Notes: generated by a model from the sequence alone, not told the origin. Shown: positions 1 through 9,505, counted from the stretch's first letter. The stretch is 64,000 nt of DNA from an uncultured bacterium (GCA_943787795.1 CALSNU010000004.1:320001-384000); one strand, 5' to 3'. Translations and numbers: made by a program.

Positions 1-548
1 CCTTCGGACTGCGGCGTCACCTTCTTGAAGAACTTCGAGAGCCCCCTGGGCGGCTCTGGCGCGATGAAGCGCGGCGTGTGAAGCGGAGCGATGAGCACCA
101 GCGCGCTGACCACCCCCGGCGTCTCGAGCGCGTACATCGCCGCGTAGTTGGCCCCTAACCCGACGCCGACGAGGACCTTGGGGACCTCTGGCATCCGATA
201 GGCCAGGTGATCCTGGATCTCCTGGATGTCGCGCGCCACCTCGCGCAGTCCGTTGGAGTGCCCGCGGGGCCCCTCCGTTCGGCCATGCCCCCGGAGGTCC
301 GGTAGCGCAACCGCCCAGCCTCGCTCGGCGAGATCCGAGGCGAGGGTCCGGTAGCGCTCGCCCGTATCCCCCGCGTCGTGAATGACCGTCACCGCGCCGG
401 TCGGCTCGCCGCGGGCGGCGAGCTCAAGGACCGTCAGCAGGACCATTCCCTTCATGGAATCATGGGAGAGCCCCGAGGCCACCTCTCCCGTCTCGGTGGA
501 GTCCCGCAGCTCGAGGTTCGTCAGGAAGAAATCGTCTTCGATCGCCAT
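1..548 (-). CDS. Alpha/beta-hydrolase fold protein (lysophospholipase-like), runs off the window edge, nucleophile Ser absent
   Basis: Not in ORF track; manual translation MAIEDDFF...VTVIHDAGDTGERY...GWAVALPDLRGHGRTEGPRGH...KVLVGVGLGA...ALVLIAP; DLRGHG motif typical of the family. Confidence 0.85.
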   Translation of the reverse strand, partial: MAIEDDFFLTNLELRDSTETGEVASGLSHDSMKGMVLLTVLELAARGEPTGAVTVIHDAGDTGERYRTLASDLAERGWAVALPDLRGHGRTEGPRGHSNGLREVARDIQEIQDHLAYRMPEVPKVLVGVGLGANYAAMYALETPGVVSALVLIAPLHTPRFIAPEPPRGLSKFFKKVTPQSE

Positions 549-597
549 GGATTCAGCTCGTTGGTCGTTCCGGTCACCCGCAGTCTTGCGCGCGCGA

Positions 598-603
598 TAT
601 CAT
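598..603 (+). promoter_or_regulatory. Possible -10 element for rnpB
   Basis: TATCAT (5/6 match to TATAAT) 7 nt upstream of the P1 helix; no convincing -35. Confidence 0.35.
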
Positions 604-610
604 GCCCGAC

Positions 611-1010
<400 letters not shown>

Positions 1011-1655
1011 ACCTATCACTTTCCGACGACGAGATGAGCGAGCGTGAGGCGAACGCTCTCTCTACCACCGGTGGTGTGGGTCCAGCGTGCAGGCGGATTC
1101 GCGTAACGCATGCGAAGGTCGATGCTTAGTCGACGGGAACCACGACATCTTGCGTGGGCAGGTGATTTCCACGCTCGATCTCGTGCTGCGCACCTTGACG
1201 GATTCCGGGGGCGCCTCCATTCTCGCACTTGTCGGCCCGGAATGAGCCGGTCGCGATTCTGGGGGCAGGTCCTGCTCGACCCACCACCCCCACTGCGCGC
1301 CCGCCGAGCTTCCAACCCGCGTGACGATGGAGGGCTCGCCCCTGCTCTGCCTCGCGGTTGCCACGAGCCGACGCACCGCTCTCGAACCCGCTCCCCTCAC
1401 CTGCCGTCCCTGCGCACATCAGGGGCGCCCGGCGTCTAGGCCCCCTGGGGCCTTGGTCCTCCGGACAACGTCCCGCACTGCCCCCGCACCCAGGCCGGCG
1501 ACGACCAGCAAGGACGTCGCGGACCTTCCGCAATGGCTCGGCTCCGCCGATCAGATGCCCCGGGTCCTCGCGAGGTCAGACCACTTGTCTCAACCGCTGA
1601 CCCGTGTGACCGACCGCGGCACGTCGATCCACCGTCCGGCGGCCCCCTCCCCACC

Positions 1656-2393
1656 ATGGAATTCGTCTTCGTCGTTCCCCGCACCGCGATCTTCCCTGAG
1701 TTCGCACCCCACGGTCTCTCCGCCTTCGGCGAGGAGTTCTCGCACGAGCGCTTTCAGCGCTGCGTCGAGGAGGAAGGCTTCTTCGTGGAGCGGGAATACG
1801 CCGAGAAGACCCCGACGCTGAAGCAAGTCATCCCGTACACCCTGGTGACCCGCGGCGAGGAGATCCTCCTCCTGCAGCGCACGAAGGGCGGCGGAGAGGC
1901 TCGCCTCCACAACAAGTTCACCATCGGCGTCGGCGGTCACGTCAACCCGGTGGACGCGGTCTCCGCGGAGGAGGGAAGCGCCCAGGCGCGACTCCTCGAC
2001 CCGCTCCCCGCGGCCACGCGCCGGGAGGTCATGGAGGAAGAGTTGATCGTTGAAGGCGAGACCCGCCTGACCTCGATCGGTCTCCTCAACGACGACAGCA
2101 ACGCCGTCGGGGCGGTCCACGTCGGACTGGTCCAGACCCTCGAGCTCCTCGGGGGCGACGCGCGCATCCGCGAGGTGGATCAACTCCGCGGCGAATTCGT
2201 CCCCTGGCGACAGCTGCCGCAGCAGCTCGCCGAGGGCGCCAACTTCGAGACGTGGTCCAGCCTGCTGGTCCCCCACCTCGAACAACTCCTCCATCCAAGT
2301 TCATCGGTCGCGGACGAGGTCCGCGAAGCGCCGGAGGGCAACGTGCCCACCGCCACATCCCGCGAGGAAGCGGCGTCCACCGCACAGCCCTGA
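1656..2393 (+). CDS. NUDIX-superfamily phosphoesterase (YmaB/COG4112-like)
   Basis: KQVIPY, GEARLHNK.TIGVGGHVN, REVMEE, DDSNAVGAVHVG, FETWS; start placed at MEFVFVV. Confidence 0.8.
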   Translation: MEFVFVVPRTAIFPEFAPHGLSAFGEEFSHERFQRCVEEEGFFVEREYAEKTPTLKQVIPYTLVTRGEEILLLQRTKGGGEARLHNKFTIGVGGHVNPVDAVSAEEGSAQARLLDPLPAATRREVMEEELIVEGETRLTSIGLLNDDSNAVGAVHVGLVQTLELLGGDARIREVDQLRGEFVPWRQLPQQLAEGANFETWSSLLVPHLEQLLHPSSSVADEVREAPEGNVPTATSREEAASTAQP

Positions 2394-2451
2394 GCTCGCT
2401 CAGGGTCGGACGTCCACCACTCGTATTCACCGCACCCAACCCACAACCACC

Positions 2452-2700
2452 ATGGCATTCACCGCACCCGCACCCGCCTCGGTCCGCAAGGCCCGTCAGA
2501 TGACCCAGGAGAAGATCTACGACGCTCTCCAGGGCGCCCGCACGGCGGACAAGGTCACCGTCTACTTCAAGAACGGGCGCGCAGCGACCGGCGCCCTGAT
2601 CTTCAACCCCTTCAAGGGCAGCGGCCGCGTCATCGACGTGGACAAGGAGTCCTCCATCGACTTCGCCATCGAGGACGTCCGCGAACTCAAGCTCAGCTGA
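2452..2700 (+). CDS. Small protein, possible Sm/Hfq-like fold
   Basis: 82 aa, strongly biased codons, own terminator; helix followed by VTVYFKNGRAATG resembles the Sm1 motif. Confidence 0.7.
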   Translation: MAFTAPAPASVRKARQMTQEKIYDALQGARTADKVTVYFKNGRAATGALIFNPFKGSGRVIDVDKESSIDFAIEDVRELKLS

Positions 2701-2723
2701 GCGCGACCCAACGACACCCTCCT

Positions 2724-2757
2724 GACCCCGTTCGGCCCCGGCCGGACGGGGTCTTTT
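2724..2757 (+). terminator. Intrinsic terminator
   Basis: GACCCCGTTCGGC...GCCGGACGGGGTC stem followed by TTTT. Confidence 0.75.
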
Positions 2758-2805
2758 CGTCCACGCGGACTCACTCGCGCCCTCCTCCTCCCGTAGGTTC
2801 ACGCC

Positions 2806-5436
2806 ATGATCGCAGCAAGCGCCTGGCTCGCCGCTCTCGCGGCCTTCGCCCTCCCCACCTCCGAGGACCCCCTCTTACCGCCCGCAGTCGAGGTCGGCGG
2901 CCCCGACGGGAGCTGGACCTGGCTGTCCGTGCCCCGGGACGGCGACGTGCACGTGCTCGCCCTGACCGCGATCTCACCGCTCATGCCGCGCGCCGAGGTG
3001 AGGCGCGGCGCGACCACGCCGGTGACGCCCGGACCCGCCCTCAGCGCCCAGGTGGAGGTCGCCCTGCGCGCCGGGAACCGTCCCCTGGACTGTGCGCCGC
3101 GTCTGACGGCTGTCGTCCACGGGGTCGACGAGGAGCTGCTCCTCGTGGCGGGGGCGCCGAGGGTGTTCCGCGACGCCCGCCCCCCCGCCGCCGCGGCCTC
3201 CAGCGCCGGCGCAGACCTGGCCCACCTCCTCCGACGGGACGACGAGGTCGTCGCGGGCGGGACCGTCTCGCTCGAGCCGCCGGCGTCCCCCCACTCCCAC
3301 GTCCTCCTGTTCGGCCTCCACCCGGGCGTCGTGCGGGCCGCCCCCTGGCCGATCGAGGTCGACGGCGAGCCGCACCTCCTGCACCCTGGCGCCACCCGCC
3401 CCCTCGTGCTCCCGGCCACCGGCGCCCCCATGGAGGTGAAGCTCGGCGACGCGCTCCTGGACGCCGTGCAGTTCGCGACCCTCGTCCAAGGCGACCTGGC
3501 GGAGTTCGAGGCGTTCCTCCACCAGGTCTCCCAGGCGGACGTACACGTCACCCGCGAGGACGGGTCGAGGTCCTTCAGATGGACCGACGCCGCGGGGCTC
3601 TCCGAGGACCGCCGCGTCGTGCCGGCGGGGCACCGGCGCGCCTACCGCTTCGCCATGGAGCCGCCGGGGCGCCTGCTCGAGGAGGGCGAGACCCTGGGCT
3701 TCGTGCTCCGGCCGGGCGTGCGGGGACGAGCCGCTGATCCCGCCCCCGTCGCGACGGCCCGGTCCCGCGACCACGCCCCGCGAGCCCTGGTCCGCCGTCC
3801 AACGGTCGACCTCACGCGGTTCACCGCGGCCGACTCCCCCGAGTCCCTCGTCGAGGTGACTCGCGGCGCCGGACTCGCCGCGTACACCCACGCCGAGGGG
3901 CCGCGCGAGCAGCTGGACATTCGCCCGACCATGGGCCCTGGCGCCGCCTGGGGCGACGTGAACGAGGACGGGGCCCTGGACCTCGTGCTCCTCCAGGGCG
4001 CGGGCCGCGAGGGCTGCGAACCTCTCTCGGACCGGCTCTTCCTCGGGCGCGGCGACGGGACCTTCGAGGACGGCACCGCGCGCGCGGGCCTCGGCCGCGG
4101 GGACGCGGGCATGGGCGCCCTGCTGGTGGACCTGAACGGGGACGGGCACCTGGACCTCTACTGCGCCAACTATGGTCGGGACCGCCTGTTCCTCGGCGCG
4201 GGGGATGCGACCTTCATTGAGGCGGAGGGCGTGCTCCCCGCGCTCTCCCTGTGGAGCGCCAGCGTCATCGCCGGCGACCCCGACGGGGACGGCGACCTGG
4301 ACCTCTACGTCACGAGCTACCTGGACTACGACCTGGAGAAGATGCCCCCCGCCGATGAGCTGGGTCTCTACCAGCGCGAGGACCCGGTCGAGATGCTGCC
4401 CTTCGCCTTCCCCGGCCAGCGGAACGTCTTCCTCCGCAGCCGGCTGGCGGACACTGGAGCCCTCGGGTTCGAGGACGCCACCGAAGAGCTCGGCCTCGCG
4501 GACGTCCAGGGCCGCGGGATGCAGGCGGTGTTCTGGGACTTCGACCTCGACGGAGACGAGGACCTGTACATCGCGAACGACGTCTCCTTCAACGTGCTCT
4601 TCCGCAACGAAGGGGACGGCACCTTCAAGGACGTCTCGTTCTCGACAGGCCTCGACGACCCGCGGGGCGGGATGGGCCTCGCCATCGGCGACGTGGACAA
4701 CGACGGGGATTCCGACGTCTTCCTGACCAACTGGCAGCTGGAGACCAACGCCCTCTACACGAACTCCGCCATCTCCAGCCTCACCCGAAAGCGGCGCCGC
4801 TCGACATTCCACGACACGACGGTGAAGAGCGGCTTCGGCCCCTCCGGCATCGGCAAGACCTCCTGGGGTGCGGAGTTCTTCGACCTCGAACTCGACGGCG
4901 ATCTCGACCTGTATGTGGCCAACGGTTACACGAGCCCTGACTACGAGAGCACCGGGACCTGCGTGGGCCAGACCGACCAGCTCTTCGTGGGTGACGGCAC
5001 GGGCAAGCTCAGGGAGGCCTGCACCCTCGGGCGCCGCGCCTTCAGCATCTCCCGAGCCTCACGGGGCGCGGTGGGCGCGGACCATGACCGCGACGGCGAC
5101 ATCGACCTGCTGGTGACCGCCAACAACGGCGGCGTCACGCTGCTCCGGAACGACGCGGAGCGCGCCGGACGCTGGCTCGGAGTCCGCCTCCGCCAGCCCG
5201 GCCTCAACCCCCACGCCATCGGCGCCCGGGTGGCCGTGGCCGCCAGCGACGGCTCACGGCGCCAGCAGGCCCTGCGCGCCGGTACCGGCTACCTGACCGG
5301 CAACGCCCCCGAGCTCCACTTCGGGCTAGGGCCCGTGGAAGAGTTCGTGGAGATCCAGGTCACCTGGCCCGACGGCGAGGTGTCGCGGCACATGTACGGC
5401 GCGGACGCGTGGGTGGTCATCGAGCGGGAGGGCTGA
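2806..5436 (+). CDS. Secreted CRTAC1/ASPIC-UnbV family FG-GAP repeat protein
   Basis: Signal peptide, repeated D.(N/D)GDG.LDLY motifs, C-terminal N..AIGARV and GTGYLTGN.PELHFGLG. Confidence 0.9.
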   Translation: MIAASAWLAALAAFALPTSEDPLLPPAVEVGGPDGSWTWLSVPRDGDVHVLALTAISPLMPRAEVRRGATTPVTPGPALSAQVEVALRAGNRPLDCAPRLTAVVHGVDEELLLVAGAPRVFRDARPPAAAASSAGADLAHLLRRDDEVVAGGTVSLEPPASPHSHVLLFGLHPGVVRAAPWPIEVDGEPHLLHPGATRPLVLPATGAPMEVKLGDALLDAVQFATLVQGDLAEFEAFLHQVSQADVHVTREDGSRSFRWTDAAGLSEDRRVVPAGHRRAYRFAMEPPGRLLEEGETLGFVLRPGVRGRAADPAPVATARSRDHAPRALVRRPTVDLTRFTAADSPESLVEVTRGAGLAAYTHAEGPREQLDIRPTMGPGAAWGDVNEDGALDLVLLQGAGREGCEPLSDRLFLGRGDGTFEDGTARAGLGRGDAGMGALLVDLNGDGHLDLYCANYGRDRLFLGAGDATFIEAEGVLPALSLWSASVIAGDPDGDGDLDLYVTSYLDYDLEKMPPADELGLYQREDPVEMLPFAFPGQRNVFLRSRLADTGALGFEDATEELGLADVQGRGMQAVFWDFDLDGDEDLYIANDVSFNVLFRNEGDGTFKDVSFSTGLDDPRGGMGLAIGDVDNDGDSDVFLTNWQLETNALYTNSAISSLTRKRRRSTFHDTTVKSGFGPSGIGKTSWGAEFFDLELDGDLDLYVANGYTSPDYESTGTCVGQTDQLFVGDGTGKLREACTLGRRAFSISRASRGAVGADHDRDGDIDLLVTANNGGVTLLRNDAERAGRWLGVRLRQPGLNPHAIGARVAVAASDGSRRQQALRAGTGYLTGNAPELHFGLGPVEEFVEIQVTWPDGEVSRHMYGADAWVVIEREG

Positions 5437-5461
5437 CCCCTCCCCCCCCGCCCTCCACCGA

Positions 5462-5947
5462 TCAGAGCGCGGCTTCGATCGCCGCGGTCAGCTCGGGCGC
5501 GGCGGGGTCCGTCGTGGGCTCGAAGCGGGCGAGCACCTCGCCGTTCTTGCCGATGAGGAACTTGCCGAAGTTCCACTGGACGTCGCCGGGCCCCTCGGGG
5601 CTTGTGGGCTGCTGGGTGAGCCAGGCATACAGGTCGTGGCGGTCAGGACCGTTCACGTCGATCTTCCCGAAGAGCGGGAAGGTCACCCCGTAGGTCGTGC
5701 TACAGAAGGTCTTGATCTCCTCGGCGGACCCGGGCTCCTGCCCCTTGAACTGGTTACAGGGGAAGCCGAGCACAACGAGGCCACGGTCCCGGTACTGCTC
5801 GGCGAGCTTCTCGAGCCCTGCGTACTGCGGGGTCAAGCCGCAGCGCGAGGCCACGTTCACCACGAGGAGGACCTTGCCGCTGAAGGAGTCGAAGGAGCAG
5901 TCGGCGCCGTCGATGGTCGGCACGCTGAAGTCGTGGAAGGTGGTCAT
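5462..5947 (-). CDS. Glutathione peroxidase family, 2-Cys type
   Basis: VNVASRCGLT (TGC Cys), GFPCNQF, second Cys in TFCSTTY, WNFGKFLI. Confidence 0.95.
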   Translation of the reverse strand: MTTFHDFSVPTIDGADCSFDSFSGKVLLVVNVASRCGLTPQYAGLEKLAEQYRDRGLVVLGFPCNQFKGQEPGSAEEIKTFCSTTYGVTFPLFGKIDVNGPDRHDLYAWLTQQPTSPEGPGDVQWNFGKFLIGKNGEVLARFEPTTDPAAPELTAAIEAAL

Positions 5948-6067
5948 AGGATCGAACTCAACGTGCGGGGAGGGGCCGCCGCTGCGGCCGCGAAGGAGCT
6001 TGAAGGCGAGTTTCTGGATGCGTCCCATGCCAACAGACTGACGTCCGTCCGTCGGGCACACCAGGGT

Positions 6068-7033
6068 TCAACGGGAGGCCAACCAAAGATCCCGGAAGCG
6101 CGCCGCGAAGCGCAGGGGGAAGTCGTCGGCCTGATCCGCGCAGTGCGGGGAGACGAGGATTCGCGGGTGACGCCACAGGGGATTCAACTCCGGCAGGGGC
6201 TCCTCCTCGAACACATCCAGCCAGGCCCCCGCGACGTTCTGGTCCAGCGCCCTCAGCAGCCCCCCCTCCGAGAGGATCGCACCCCTCGCGGCATTCAGCA
6301 CGAGCGCCCCCTCGGGGAGCCACGCGAGCTCCTTGGCGCCGATCCATCCCCGCGTCTCGGGGGTCAGCGGTAGGTGAATCGAGAGGACGTCCGCGCGGGG
6401 CAGGAGTCCGGCGAGCGCCCTCGGCTCGTACATCTCATCCGCCTCCTCGTGGGCGGCTCCCGAGCGGTTCACCCCGAGCACCCCCATCCCCATCGCCCGC
6501 GCCCGCCGCGCGACCTCTGCGCCTGTCCTGCCGAACCCGAGCACCAGCATGGTCCGACCCGCGAGCGGCCGGAACCGCGTCGGGGACCAGCGAGCCTCGC
6601 GCTGCTCACGGAGGTGCTCGTTCAGCCCCGTCCCCAGGGTGAACAGGCCCGCCATGACCCGCTCGGCGAGGAAAGGCGCGAGCACCCCCTTTGAGTCTGT
6701 GACCGTGACCTGCGCGGGATCCCAAGCCGGCAGGTGGTCCCGTCCGGAGCCGCCCACGTGAAACCAACGGACGCTCTTCCAGCGCAGAGCCTCGCCATGG
6801 CTCGGTCCCGAGAAGCTCGCCGTCTTGATGGAGAAGACGACCTGGGGGTCATGCTCCACGAGGCACCGGGCCACCTCGCCCGGCTCACCTGCTGCCGCCC
6901 ACTCGAGGCCAGGGCAGTCGCTCAGCGCCTCCAGCACCTCCCCCGGCTCGGAGTGAAGGAGGAGCGCTCGGAGAGGGCCCTCCCCCTTGGTCGAAGGGGC
7001 GGAGTCGCTGACCGGACCGTGGGCCGCGTTCAT
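6068..7033 (-). CDS. D-isomer-specific 2-hydroxyacid dehydrogenase
   Basis: GFGRTG, HLPLTPETRG, NAARG, LDVFEEEPL, SPHCA; start overlaps the upstream stop (ATGA). Confidence 0.9.
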   Translation of the reverse strand: MNAAHGPVSDSAPSTKGEGPLRALLLHSEPGEVLEALSDCPGLEWAAAGEPGEVARCLVEHDPQVVFSIKTASFSGPSHGEALRWKSVRWFHVGGSGRDHLPAWDPAQVTVTDSKGVLAPFLAERVMAGLFTLGTGLNEHLREQREARWSPTRFRPLAGRTMLVLGFGRTGAEVARRARAMGMGVLGVNRSGAAHEEADEMYEPRALAGLLPRADVLSIHLPLTPETRGWIGAKELAWLPEGALVLNAARGAILSEGGLLRALDQNVAGAWLDVFEEEPLPELNPLWRHPRILVSPHCADQADDFPLRFAARFRDLWLASR

Positions 7034-7617
7034 CGGGCCGGCCTCGGTGGCATCTCAGGTTCGAGCTCGACGTCGACGCCGTCGGCGATCCGGTTGATGT
7101 AGTTGAAGTAGGCCGTCACCTGGATCAGGTCGTGGATCGCCACGTCGTCGAAGCCTGCACGCCTCAGCCCCTCGATGTCGGCCTCCCGCATGGCGCCAGG
7201 GCTCCGCGTGAGCTTCTCTGCGTAGGCCGCGAGCGCGCGATCCGCGGCGTCCAGCTCGCCCTCGCGCCAGTCCGTCGCCACCGCGGTGACAAAGCGCTCC
7301 CGCTGCTCCTCACCCAGCCCCTTCCACTCCTCGTGGACCTCGGCACGGAGGTCCGCCTCATGGCTGAGGGTTCAGTAGTGGCAGTCGTTGGCGCGGCTGA
7401 CAATGGTCGCGACCATCTCTCGCTGGCGCCGGCTGAGCCCCTCCGGCGCATACATGATCTTCTGGTAGAGGCCGAGCGAGGCGTCGAGGACCGCCGGCGC
7501 GAGGCTCTGGGCGCGGACGATGCCGAACACTCGCCCAGCGCGAGCCACGGCGGCCTCGTAGCTCCTGGCGAGACGGCCTGTGGCCTCGGAGATGGAGATG
7601 GTGCGAATCCAGGGCAT
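7030..7617 (-). CDS. AhpD/CMD peroxidase-related protein with probable selenocysteine at in-frame UGA 7372-7374 (195 aa)
   Basis: Track ORFs 7372..7689 and 7030..7281 share a frame; readthrough gives LSRRQREMVATIVSRANDCHY-U-TLSH...YAEKLT...AYFNYINRIADG, the AhpD CxxC-xxx-H signature. Confidence 0.88.
7326..7371 (-). promoter_or_regulatory. Putative bacterial SECIS element
   Basis: mRNA after UGA: ACCCUCAGCCAUGAGGC-GGACCUC-CGUGCC-GAGGUCC-ACGAGG; perfect 7-bp upper stem (7335-7354), GU in the apical loop, 24 nt between UGA and loop. Confidence 0.7.
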
Positions 7618-7725
7618 CTTGGTCTTGGCGTTGGGCCCGGAGATGTGGTCAGGACCGTGAGGAGAGAGCGGAGCCGGACGGAGCGGCACGCTCTGCGAGG
7701 GCCCCGGGCGCCGTGCGCGCGAAGG

Positions 7726-8232
7726 TCAGAGCCTACGGTCCCGTCTGCGGGCGAGGTTATCCACCCAGGCGCCCAGGATCATCGCCCGGCGTTGCTTCAC
7801 CAGCCTCAGCTCCTCGAAGGCAGCCGCGCGCTCATGGTCGCCGAGCCGAACCAGGAACTGCGCGTAGTCCCCATACCACCGGCTGACGGTCTCCTCGGCG
7901 CTCCGGACCAGCCGTAGGGCGGGGCGCGCCCCGGTCACCCAGGTGCTCTGGACCAGGAGGCGCGCCAGGATCCGGCGCCGAAGACTGGTCCGGCGCGGCC
8001 GCCCCCCCATCCCACGCATGAGCTCCTGAACGATCGCCACCAGGTCCACGCCCTCACGATTCAGCTCGGTGGCGAGGCCGGCGAGCTCGGGGTCGCGGGC
8101 ACGTCGAGCGATGTGATCGTAGACCGCCCTCGCGCCAATCTCACTCAGGAGCGTGCGACGGAGATCCTTCAGCAGCGAGCGGTAGGCCCCCTGCTGCTCC
8201 ACTGGAATCACCTTGAGCCCGCGCAGCTCCAA
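7726..8232 (-). CDS. Ferritin-like four-helix protein (Coq7-like) with degenerate metal ligands
   Basis: SEIGARAVY and AEETVSRWY helices match the ferritin-like pattern; ExxH motifs absent. Confidence 0.6.
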   Translation of the reverse strand: MELRGLKVIPVEQQGAYRSLLKDLRRTLLSEIGARAVYDHIARRARDPELAGLATELNREGVDLVAIVQELMRGMGGRPRRTSLRRRILARLLVQSTWVTGARPALRLVRSAEETVSRWYGDYAQFLVRLGDHERAAAFEELRLVKQRRAMILGAWVDNLARRRDRRL

Positions 8233-8236
8233 GCGA

Positions 8237-9451
8237 TCAAGCGTCCCTTGCTGGACGCATCTTCACGAAGCCCTCGAGCGTTCGTTCGGGGTCGAACTCC
8301 ACCTCGCTGGTCAGGCCCTCGCTGGTCAGGCCCTCGACGGGCACCTGAAAGAGCTCCCTGCGCCGGGTGACCTCCAGCGTCCGCTTCAGCAGCTCGCCGC
8401 CCTCGACCTTGATGGTCACCGGGAGCGTGAACGCGTAGGCCGGGGCCGCGCCCGGCGCCACGCGCTGCAGCTGATCCACGCGGAGGAGCAATCGACCTCG
8501 CGCGGCGTCAACCCTCCACGAGGTCTCCACGAGGGGGCCGCCGGGGCCCCTCAGCCAGCTACGAACGAACGCCTCCCCCTGACCCCCGAAGGCCGTCGCG
8601 ACCTCGTCGATGCCCTGCGGCTCGCCCCCGACCCCCGCGTCCACCACGGCATGGAGGGCGCTTGTGAAGTCGAGCTCCCCGAGCACGTCCCGGAGGCGCA
8701 GCCAGCGAGGTACTGCCCAGGCCGCGTCCGGAGAAGGCCGATACCACCCCTCCGCCTCGAGCTCCGAGGCACCTTCCGCGTCCTGCTCCCGGAACATCTC
8801 AAAGAGGAGGTCGGCGAGGGTTGGGATCACCGGGTGCTCTTCATCCATCCGCGGCGTCACGAGCAGGCCGAACCAGGCGCGCGCGCAGGCTCCGGCCAGC
8901 GGCTGGCCTGCAAGCGGGTCCCGATGAAGCAGCTGCTGTTCGGCAAACGCGATGAAGGACGCCCTCGCGGCAGCTCCCACTCCCTCATCTGCCACCAGCC
9001 CGAGGGCAACGTCCCGCGGATCAATGGCCTGGAGCGGGAAGGCCCGAGGGGTCTGCCACGCGAAGGCGCGGTCTGCCGTCTCCACTTCAGCGACGATGCG
9101 AGCCCGGCTAGAGGGGTCGAGAGGCCTGGGTAGCCAGGTCTCGCCCTCGACCAGTACCAGGTCGCGCGCCGAGAGCCGACGCAGGTCACCGGAGGGCCTC
9201 GCCGGGTCGACCACCGCCACGGCGATGGACCCGGCCACGTTCTGCGCGCTGTCCACTCCGAGCGAGTAGCGCGCCTCCGCCACCACGACGCTACGGCCGC
9301 CAGCCTCTCGAGGCGACGGTTCGAATTCCACGCCGGGGGACGATGCGCACCCGACCAGGATCAGGCCAGGAAGAGACCGGCTGCCCCGGAGTACGGCGAT
9401 CGCTAGAATCCTCGCTCGCGAGGCATTGGGTTGGCCTTGGTTCTGCTCCAT
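8237..9451 (-). CDS. Compact M1 aminopeptidase-like protein lacking HExxH, possible lipoprotein
   Basis: WLPRPLDPSSRA, ARAWFGLLVT, LRDVLGELDF, FVRSWLRGPGGP, VEFDPE; lipobox-like LILVGC; start uncertain. Confidence 0.65.
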   Translation of the reverse strand: MEQNQGQPNASRARILAIAVLRGSRSLPGLILVGCASSPGVEFEPSPREAGGRSVVVAEARYSLGVDSAQNVAGSIAVAVVDPARPSGDLRRLSARDLVLVEGETWLPRPLDPSSRARIVAEVETADRAFAWQTPRAFPLQAIDPRDVALGLVADEGVGAAARASFIAFAEQQLLHRDPLAGQPLAGACARAWFGLLVTPRMDEEHPVIPTLADLLFEMFREQDAEGASELEAEGWYRPSPDAAWAVPRWLRLRDVLGELDFTSALHAVVDAGVGGEPQGIDEVATAFGGQGEAFVRSWLRGPGGPLVETSWRVDAARGRLLLRVDQLQRVAPGAAPAYAFTLPVTIKVEGGELLKRTLEVTRRRELFQVPVEGLTSEGLTSEVEFDPERTLEGFVKMRPARDA

Positions 9452-9505
9452 CGGATTGGCCCGAGGCGTGAACCGCGGGGCCCAGATCGTAGCGTCGCGC
9501 GCCCC

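Noticed and set aside
5820..5860. Selenocysteine in the GPx
   Set aside because: Active-site codon is TGC (Cys).
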